Source: Elusimicrobiota bacterium
Lineage (GTDB): Bacteria > Elusimicrobiota > Elusimicrobia > O2-12-FULL-59-9
NCBI GenBank assembly: GCA_016206405.1
Contig: JACQRQ010000261.1
Location: 1 to 58,446, forward strand
Length of the DNA stretch: 58,446 nucleotides
Direction: 5' to 3'
Shown: positions 52,064 to 58,446 of the stretch, piece by piece
Numbering within the stretch: the first letter of the stretch is position 1
Layout: each line of letters opens with the position of its first letter
The notes under the pieces: generated by a model
Database searches by the model: none
What the model was told of the DNA's origin: nothing
The model's input: only the letters and a program-made list of their open reading frames with translations
Made by a program: the position numbers and the translations under genes

Positions 52064-52953
52064 TTCGCGCAGCCTTCGGTTTCATAAACGGGCACCCCCG
52101 TTTTGCGCGTGAGAGCGCGGAAATGGCCGACGAGCTCCTGCGTCCGCGGGCCGGGCTTGCCGGTCCCGATGACGCGCCCGTCGATTTTAACCGCCGGAAG
52201 AATCTCCGCCGCCGTGCCGGTCAAAAAAATCTCTTCGGCTTGGTACAAATGAAACAGGGTAAAAAGCTCCTCTTTGACCGGCATCTTCAGATCCTTTTCG
52301 ATGAGCTCGATGGCGACCCGGCGGGTCACGCCGTCGAGCAAGCCGGCCCAGGCGGGCGGCGTAACCCAAACGCCCCCCTTTAAGTAGAAAATATTGTCTC
52401 CGGTGCATTCGGTCACGTAGCCTTCCATATTGAGCATCACGGCCTCGCCCGCCCCCGCGCGAACCGCCCCGTCTTTGGCCAGGATATTGTTGAGGTAATT
52501 GAGCGATTTAATGTTGGGGGTCAGGGATTGATGGCTGACGCGGCGCAGATGGGAGGCGATCAAGGTCACGCCCGTTTGGTACGTGGACTCCGGATACAGC
52601 GATATATGGTCCGCGATGATGATCAACGTCGGGACCTTGCACTTTCTCAAATCCAGGCCCAAGTCGCCGTAGCCGCGCGTCACCACCAGCCGGATATAAG
52701 CGTCCTTAAGCCCGTTGAGCCTCACCGTCTCCACCACCAGGGACCTCAGCTTCTCCAGGCTCCAGCGCGGCTCGAGGAAAATTCCGCGCATCGACTCAAA
52801 AAGCCTCTCCAAGTGCTCGTCCAGCTTGAAAACGCGGCCGTTATAGGCCCGGATTCCCTCGAACACGCCGTCTCCGTAGAGAAGCCCGTGGTCGAAAACG
52901 GAAACTTTGGCCTCCTCCTTGGAATAGTACTTGCCGTCGATATAAATTTTCAT
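52060..52953 (-). CDS. ilvE: Branched-chain amino acid aminotransferase (fold type IV)
   Basis: 297 aa with VSVFDHGLLYGDGVFEGIRAYNGRVF and the class IV aminotransferase layout. Confidence 0.88.
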   Translation of the reverse strand: MKIYIDGKYYSKEEAKVSVFDHGLLYGDGVFEGIRAYNGRVFKLDEHLERLFESMRGIFLEPRWSLEKLRSLVVETVRLNGLKDAYIRLVVTRGYGDLGLDLRKCKVPTLIIIADHISLYPESTYQTGVTLIASHLRRVSHQSLTPNIKSLNYLNNILAKDGAVRAGAGEAVMLNMEGYVTECTGDNIFYLKGGVWVTPPAWAGLLDGVTRRVAIELIEKDLKMPVKEELFTLFHLYQAEEIFLTGTAAEILPAVKIDGRVIGTGKPGPRTQELVGHFRALTRKTGVPVYETEGCAK

Positions 52954-53657
52954 CGCTCCACCCCCGCCCGTTCTGAGATTTTGCCGTCCACCAAATGGAC
53001 GACCCGCGACGCGTACCGGACCGCCTGCTGGTTGTGGGTCACCATCACCACCGACACGTTTTTATCCCTGGAAAGCCCGCGCAAATCCTCCAACACGCGC
53101 TCGCCGTTGGCATGGTCCAGGTTGCCCGTGGGCTCATCGGCGAGGATGAGGGCCGGCTGGTTGGTCAGGGCGCGGATGAGGGCCACCCGCTGCCTCTCGC
53201 CGCCGGAAATCTCCCTGGGAAACCGTTCCACGATATGGGTCAAGCCGAAAGACTCCAGGTTCTCCAAAGCCTTTTTCCGAAACGGCTCCAAGCGCCCGGA
53301 TTGAGAAGTCGCAATGAGCGCCGGCATCAAAATATTTTCCATGACGGTAAACTCGGGCAGCAGGGAATCAAACTGAAACACGAAGCCGATTTCCCGGCTG
53401 CGCAGCGACGCCCTTTCGTTTTCCGACAACCGGTCGCTGTCCTTGCCGAATAAATAGATTTTTCCCCTCGTGCCGCGATCCATGAGGCCCAACAAATGCA
53501 GCAAGGTCGACTTTCCGGAACCGCTGGGACCGAAAATCATCAAGAACTCCCCGGCCAAGGCGGTAAAATGGACGTCCGCGAGCACCGCGGTCTCCTGCGG
53601 CCCCTCAAAATAGCTCTTGCAGAGGCCCTCCGTTTGGACCACCGCGGAATCAGCCAT
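52950..53657 (-). CDS. lolD: Lipoprotein-releasing system ATP-binding protein (LolD/MacB-type ABC ATPase)
   Basis: ORF 52950..53771. The ATG at 53657, 2 nt after the permease stop, gives MADSAVVQTEGLCKSYF. Walker A GPSGSGKST, signature ISGGERQRVALIRAL, Walker B LILADEPTGNLD. Confidence 0.85.
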   Translation of the reverse strand: MADSAVVQTEGLCKSYFEGPQETAVLADVHFTALAGEFLMIFGPSGSGKSTLLHLLGLMDRGTRGKIYLFGKDSDRLSENERASLRSREIGFVFQFDSLLPEFTVMENILMPALIATSQSGRLEPFRKKALENLESFGLTHIVERFPREISGGERQRVALIRALTNQPALILADEPTGNLDHANGERVLEDLRGLSRDKNVSVVMVTHNQQAVRYASRVVHLVDGKISERAGVER

Positions 53658-54882
53658 AATGTATCGCCTCCACCGGGTCGACCCGGGAAGCTTTGTAGGC
53701 CGGGTATAGCGTGGCCAGCACGCACAGCACGAAGCTCCAAAGAGCGACGGCCGCCACGTCCCCGAAATCAACCGCCACGGGCACTTTGGAGATGTAGTAA
53801 ACGTCCGCCGGAAGGCGGACGATGGGATAGCGCCCGATGAACCACGAAAGCCCCAAGCCCAGAGCGACCCCGGCGGCGACGCCGAGGCCGCCGATCAGAA
53901 CCCCTTCCCAGCAGAAAATTTTCCAGATGCCCCGCGGAGTGGCTCCCATCGCCTTCAAAATACCGATATCCCGCGTCTTCTCCATGCTGAAAAGTATGAG
54001 GTTGGAGGCGATGTTGAAGGCCGCGACCAGCACGATGAGGGTCAAAATGATGAACATCATGGTCTTTTCCAGCTTGAGAGCGGCGAAAAGAGTCTTGTTC
54101 ATCTGGCTGAAGGAGCGCACCGAATAGCGGCCGCCCAATGCCTCCTGCAGCCGGCGCGCGACGGCATCCGCTTTTTCCAACTCGCTCAGGCGAATTTCTA
54201 TGCCCGAAGCTTGAAATTCCGGCCCGAAAAAGCGCTCCGCGGAGCTTAAATTCAGATACGCCATGGAGTTGTCGAATTCGTAGTAGCCCGTCTGGACCAG
54301 CCCCGCCACCCTGAATTTCTCCATCTTGGGAAGCATGCCCAGCGGAGTCTCCATGCCCTTGGGCGAGACCAGGAGGACTTCATCTCCGAGCCAGGCGCCC
54401 AGGTTCTTGGCCAGCTCATTTCCTAGAACGATGCCTCTTTCCGGCGCGCCCGGCAATGCCTTCATCCGGAGCTTTTCCCAATCGCCCTCGATAAGCGATT
54501 TCTTAAGGTCATTGACGGCGAAAGTCCTCTCTAGGTCGATGCCTTTGACCACCACCCCCAGCGACCGTCCCGAAACGGTCAAAATGACTTGGCCCATAGA
54601 AAAAGGCGACCAAGCCAGGATGTCCTTCTCTTTTTGCAACGTTTTTTCCATTTCGGCCTGGGCGGCGGGGCTCGCGTCGCCGTAAACGGCCACGTGCGCC
54701 TGCGCGCCGACGATTTTTTTGCGGATGTCCGAATGAAAGCCGTTCATCACCGCCAAAGTGGTCACCAGCGCCGCCACCCCGATCATGATGCCGGCCACCC
54801 CGATGGACGTCGTCACCATGGCGAAGAGCCCCTTGCGTTTGGCTTTTAAATACCGCTCGGCGATAAAAAACTCAAAGGACAT
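53650..54882 (-). CDS. LolC/LolE-family lipoprotein-releasing system permease (FtsX-like)
   Basis: 410 aa. N-terminal MSFEFFIAERYLKAKRKG, a MacB-like periplasmic domain, and a C-terminal FtsX-type 3-TM bundle. Confidence 0.88.
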   Translation of the reverse strand: MSFEFFIAERYLKAKRKGLFAMVTTSIGVAGIMIGVAALVTTLAVMNGFHSDIRKKIVGAQAHVAVYGDASPAAQAEMEKTLQKEKDILAWSPFSMGQVILTVSGRSLGVVVKGIDLERTFAVNDLKKSLIEGDWEKLRMKALPGAPERGIVLGNELAKNLGAWLGDEVLLVSPKGMETPLGMLPKMEKFRVAGLVQTGYYEFDNSMAYLNLSSAERFFGPEFQASGIEIRLSELEKADAVARRLQEALGGRYSVRSFSQMNKTLFAALKLEKTMMFIILTLIVLVAAFNIASNLILFSMEKTRDIGILKAMGATPRGIWKIFCWEGVLIGGLGVAAGVALGLGLSWFIGRYPIVRLPADVYYISKVPVAVDFGDVAAVALWSFVLCVLATLYPAYKASRVDPVEAIHYG

Positions 54883-56380
54883 TTTTCAAGGTTGGGAACA
54901 AGATCACGTCCCGGATGGAGGCCTGTCCCATCAGGATCATCACCAAGCGGTCGATGCCGATGCCGACGCCGCCCGTCGGGGGCATGCCGCATTCCAGCGC
55001 CTGCACGAAATCCTCGTCGAGAATATCGGCCTCCTCGTCTTTTTCCTGGGTTCTCTGGCGGAGCTGCTCCTCAAGCCGGGCTCTTTGGACTTCGGGATCG
55101 TTGAGCTCGCTGTAGGCGTTGGCGATCTCCTCGCGGGCCGCGAAAAACTCAAAGCGCTCGACCAGGGCTTCGTCGCCGGGTTTGGATTTGGCCAGCGGCG
55201 TGATCGCCGCGGGATAGTCGAACAAAAAGGTCGGAGCGTCCAATTCCGGCAGGATTTTGGCGTCAAAAATTTGTTCAAAAACCTTGGCGCTGGGCAGCTC
55301 TTCGGCTTTGGCGTTGCCCGCGCGCGCCGCCAGAGCCAGCAAGGCCGGGCGGTTAAAGCCCTGGCCCGCCAGAATCTGGTGGATATCCTCTCCGCATTTC
55401 TCCTGCCAGATTTCCGGCAGCCTCAGGGCCCTGAAGGGCGGCTTCAGGCCGAGTGTCCGGCCCCGGTACTCGACTTGCTCCACGCCCAAAGCCAGGGAGC
55501 ACCGGTCGAAAATTTTCTCCACGAGCTCGCGCATCGTGTGGTAGTCAGCGTAAGCCTGATAAGCTTCCATCATGGAAAATTCCGGATTGTGCCGGGTGTC
55601 CACGCCCTCGTTGCGGAAAATCCGCCCGATTTCATAAACCCTCTCGTAGCCGCCCACGATGAGCCTTTTTAAGTAGAGTTCGGTGGCGATGCGAAGGACA
55701 AGGTCCTGGTCCAGAGCGTTGTGGTGGGTCACAAACGGCTTGGCCGCCGCGCCCCCGGCCTTGGGAAGCATGACCGGCGTTTCCACCTCCAGAAATCCGG
55801 CCTCCTCCATGACGGCGCGGACCGCCCGGATAATCAGCGTCCGCTTGCGGAAAGTGTCGAAGGTCTCCGGATTGGCGAGGAGGTCGAGGTGGCGGCTGCG
55901 GTAGCGCGTCTCGACGTCTTTTAGCCCGTGCCATTTTTCCGGCAGGGGTCGCAGGGCTTTGCACAAAATCGTCACGGATTCGGCCTGAATGGTGATTTCC
56001 CCCGTCTTGGTCTTGAATATCTTCCCCTCTACTCCCACAAAATCGCCGGCCTGAACCGCCTTGACCAGTTGGTAGGGCTCGGCGCCCAAAATATCCTGCT
56101 TGAAGTAGACCTGGATTTTGCCGGTCGAATCTTGAAGATGGGCGAAGGCCGCCTTCCCCATCGGCCGCATAAGAACCACGCGCCCCGCCGTCTTGACGCG
56201 GCTCTCCAAGGCGCTTTCCGCCGATTGCCGCGCCGAATGAATCTTGGCGTAGCGGTGCGGATAGAGCTCCACGCCCCGGGCTTTGAGTTCCTTGATCTTT
56301 TCCTGCTTGTGGCGCAGGATTTCCTCGAAGGACTTATTTCCGGAGGGGTTCGGGGACGGTTCGGCTTGGGAAACGCTCAT
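54872..56380 (-). CDS. lysS: Lysine--tRNA ligase (class II)
   Basis: 502 aa. OB-fold anticodon-binding domain, motif 2 FRNEGVDTRHNPEFSMMEAY, motif 3 GVGIGIDRLVMIL. Confidence 0.97.
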   Translation of the reverse strand: MSVSQAEPSPNPSGNKSFEEILRHKQEKIKELKARGVELYPHRYAKIHSARQSAESALESRVKTAGRVVLMRPMGKAAFAHLQDSTGKIQVYFKQDILGAEPYQLVKAVQAGDFVGVEGKIFKTKTGEITIQAESVTILCKALRPLPEKWHGLKDVETRYRSRHLDLLANPETFDTFRKRTLIIRAVRAVMEEAGFLEVETPVMLPKAGGAAAKPFVTHHNALDQDLVLRIATELYLKRLIVGGYERVYEIGRIFRNEGVDTRHNPEFSMMEAYQAYADYHTMRELVEKIFDRCSLALGVEQVEYRGRTLGLKPPFRALRLPEIWQEKCGEDIHQILAGQGFNRPALLALAARAGNAKAEELPSAKVFEQIFDAKILPELDAPTFLFDYPAAITPLAKSKPGDEALVERFEFFAAREEIANAYSELNDPEVQRARLEEQLRQRTQEKDEEADILDEDFVQALECGMPPTGGVGIGIDRLVMILMGQASIRDVILFPTLKNVL

Positions 56381-56766
56381 GTGCCGCCGGTTTGTTTTCC
56401 GGAACCCAGAATGGTGCGGACTTTCTCTCGGAGAACTTTCGGATCAAAAGGCTTCTCCATGTAAGCCGCCACGTTGGGAGCGTGCTGGAAGAGGTCTTTC
56501 ATCTGGCCTTTGGCGGTCAAAACCATCACCGGGATGGAGGCGGTGGTCCGGTCGTCCTGCAGCCTGGTGTTGACCGTGTAGCCGTCCATGACCGGCATCA
56601 TGATGTCTAAAATGATGAGGTCGGGTTTCTCGGGCATGCCTTTCAGGGCTTCCAAAGCGTCGGCTCCGTTGTAGGATTCAAAGACCTGGTGGGCGTCCTT
56701 TTCCAGCAAAAAACGTATCAAGGCCACCACGTCCCTTTCATCATCCACGATCAATATTTTAGCCAT
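56377..56766 (-). CDS. Stand-alone response regulator receiver protein
   Basis: 129 aa with ILIVDDE, LIILDIMMPVMDG, VLTAKG and YMEKPF. ATGA overlap with lysS. Confidence 0.9.
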   Translation of the reverse strand: MAKILIVDDERDVVALIRFLLEKDAHQVFESYNGADALEALKGMPEKPDLIILDIMMPVMDGYTVNTRLQDDRTTASIPVMVLTAKGQMKDLFQHAPNVAAYMEKPFDPKVLREKVRTILGSGKQTGGT

Positions 56767-56856
56767 GGCATAGCATCCCTGTCGTCCGCGGCGCGGAGTT
56801 TTGTTTTCGACTTCAGTGTACTAGATTTGAGGGCGGGCAAACAAACATCAAGAACA

Positions 56857-56896
56857 GTGGTAAAGTGGTAGAGTGGTAGAGTGATAAAGTGCACCG
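56857..56896 (+). repeat. Array of 8-bp direct repeats (GTGGTARA), copy 2
   Basis: GTGGTAAA GTGGTAGA GTGGTAGA GTGATAAA GTGCACCG. It contains the same 23-mer as 31238-31260. Confidence 0.85.
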
Positions 56897-56937
56897 GCAC
56901 CCAAGAAGGATGCTTTATAGTACAATGCCTCAAAATC

Positions 56938-58104
56938 ATGGCGAACTCAGCCCTGCATTCCGTTCGGATTTTGGATTTCTCCAAGCTGCTTCCCGGACCT
57001 TACTGCACCAAGATTTTATCCGACTTGGGCTGCGAGGTGATCAAGGTCGAACTCCCCTACTGGCCCGACATCATGCGCGCGATGCCGCCGCTGCTGGGAC
57101 GCGAAGGAGCGGTTTTTTCCGCCCTCCATTCCCGCAAAAAATCGCTTTGCGTGGATTTCAAAAAGCCTGAAGGCCGCCGGATTCTGTTTGAGCTTCTGGG
57201 CACGACCGACGTCTTGGTGGAGGGCTTCAGGCCCGGCCTCATGCGCCGCCTCGGCCTAGGGCCCAAGGACCTCTTGAAGCGTTTTCCAAAGCTCGTCTAT
57301 TGCTCCCTGACGGGATTCGGACAGGCCGGCCCGCGGTTCCAAATGGCCGGCCACGACCTGAATTTCCTGGCGCTCAGCGGGCTCTTGAGCTTGGGCGGCC
57401 CCGCCTCAGGTCCCGCTCTGCCTCCCATTCAAGTCGCCGACATAGCTGGAGGCAGCCTATATGCGGTCATAGGAATTTTGGCCGCGCTGCTGGATAGGCA
57501 AAAGACCGGCCGCGGCCGGTTCGTGGATATATCTATGCTCGAAGGCATCTTATCGTGCGGCATCGTTCCCCTGGCCTACCAGCATGCCGCCGGAGACAAT
57601 TTGAGAGCGGGAAAAATGTGGTGGAACGGCGCCCACCCCTTTTACAATTTATACAAGACCCAAGATGGGCGATACCTGGCGGTGGGAGCGCTCGAAAAGG
57701 GCTTCGCTCAGAGCCTTCTAAGCCTCATCGGACGGAACGATTTGAGCGGCCGCGCCCTGTCGCCTCTGGAAAACTCCAAATTTCTCAGCCGGGAACTGGA
57801 GAAAACTTTCGCTCAAAAAAAACTGCGGCGATGGATGGAAGTTTTCGACGGCAAGGACGCCTGCGTCACGCCGGTTTATCACCTGGAAGAAGCCATCCAA
57901 GCCCAGAAGCTGCCCCTGCGCTCGCTCATCGCCGCAAGCCCCTTGAAAATGTCCGGCGCGCTCCCCCTCCGCTCCGCGATGCGGCTGGGGCGCGACAACG
58001 TCCCGCTGCTCAAATCCCTGGGATATTCCGCTCAAAAGATACGCCGGCTCAAAACCTCAGGCGTCATCGCCGACAAGCCTCTGCGATCGGGCAAGGTGTT
58101 TTGA
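56938..58104 (+). CDS. Family III CoA-transferase (CaiB/BaiF), alpha-methylacyl-CoA racemase-like
   Basis: ORF 56881..58104. The ATG at 56938 gives MANSALHSVRILDFSKLLPGPYCTKILSDLGCEVIKVE. GHDLNFLALSG resembles the AMACR-type active-site region. Confidence 0.88.
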   Translation: MANSALHSVRILDFSKLLPGPYCTKILSDLGCEVIKVELPYWPDIMRAMPPLLGREGAVFSALHSRKKSLCVDFKKPEGRRILFELLGTTDVLVEGFRPGLMRRLGLGPKDLLKRFPKLVYCSLTGFGQAGPRFQMAGHDLNFLALSGLLSLGGPASGPALPPIQVADIAGGSLYAVIGILAALLDRQKTGRGRFVDISMLEGILSCGIVPLAYQHAAGDNLRAGKMWWNGAHPFYNLYKTQDGRYLAVGALEKGFAQSLLSLIGRNDLSGRALSPLENSKFLSRELEKTFAQKKLRRWMEVFDGKDACVTPVYHLEEAIQAQKLPLRSLIAASPLKMSGALPLRSAMRLGRDNVPLLKSLGYSAQKIRRLKTSGVIADKPLRSGKVF

Positions 58105-58122
58105 CGCGCCCACCTTCTAATT

Positions 58123-58446
58123 TTATTCCTTCGGAAGCCTGAAAAGGTCTCTGGCCGCGCGCGTCGTCGCCTCGGCGACCGCCTCCGCTGGAACCCCGAA
58201 AAGCCCCGCCAAAAAATCGGCGATAAGAGCGACGTCGGCCGGCTCGTTTCTTTTTCCCCTCAGACTTTGCGGCGGCAGGTAGGGACTGTCCGTTTCAAGG
58301 ACAAGATTCTCAAGCCCGGCAGCGAGGACCGCCCGGCGAAGCTCTTCGTTCTTGGGATAGGTCACCGGCCCGTCCACCCCCAGCACGAAATCCAACTCGA
58401 CCGCCTTGCGGGCGTCCTCGATGCCTCCCGAAAAGCAATGGATGAC
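58123..58446 (-). CDS. TatD-family metal-dependent hydrolase, C-terminal part only (runs off the window)
   Basis: The reading frame is open to the window end. ...LVLETDSPYLPPQSLRGKRNEPADV... is the typical TatD C-terminal motif region. The listed Met at 58395 is internal. Confidence 0.8.
   Translation of the reverse strand, partial: VIHCFSGGIEDARKAVELDFVLGVDGPVTYPKNEELRRAVLAAGLENLVLETDSPYLPPQSLRGKRNEPADVALIADFLAGLFGVPAEAVAEATTRAARDLFRLPKE

Noticed and set aside
54758-55672. 304-aa plus-strand ORF
   Set aside because: It is antisense to lysS and the lolC/E end, with no motifs. It is a shadow ORF.
1-58446. Scan for CRISPR arrays, tRNA/rRNA genes, transposases, integrases, phage genes and classical defence genes
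   Set aside because: None recognised by eye. The intergenic regions are short and lack cloverleaf-like or spacer-repeat structure. A tRNAscan/Infernal run would be needed to exclude small RNAs formally.

Overview
This is a 58.4-kb GC-rich bacterial chromosomal window that is almost entirely coding. By eye I found no rRNA, tRNA, CRISPR array, transposase or phage genes. The gene content suggests a diderm (LolCDE-type permease and ATPase, MltA lipoprotein, an outer-membrane beta-barrel-like protein), but taxonomy cannot be assigned from the sequence alone. Confidently recognised housekeeping genes are rpmE, rho, coaE, polA, trxA, smc, pfk, pckA, ndk, mcsA/mcsB, ilvE, lysS, a rhomboid protease, two M23 peptidases, a bactofilin, and a peptidoglycan-recycling set (mltA, DUF1343/NamZ-like, anmK, murQ). 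The stand-out is a 21.5-kb minus-strand cluster (9333-30886, about 37% of the window) of six tightly packed genes. It encodes a beta-barrel-like protein followed by five giant proteins of 2684, 1088, 948, 900 and 1163 aa. The five share an unusual N-terminal leader: a hydrophobic core, then a PG-x-x-(C/P)-Y-(Q/E)-A-like motif, then an Arg-rich stretch. Only scattered enzyme-like modules are recognisable in them: an intact subtilisin (S8) triad, HEAT repeats, a GH13-like fold with substituted catalytic residues, one canonical and two degenerate HAD modules, and a RecB-type PD-(D/E)XK motif set. Very large polytopic membrane domains make up much of the rest. I cannot match this cluster to any described system, and it is the main candidate for novelty. 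Other non-genic signals are a perfect 142-bp palindrome at the window start (probably a fold-back artefact), a 269-bp hairpin element with 28-bp terminal inverted repeats and tetraloop-capped internal hairpins, and an identical 23-nt stretch of 8-bp direct repeats (GTGGTARA) upstream of two unrelated plus-strand genes. All domain calls rest on motif recognition by eye, not database searches.
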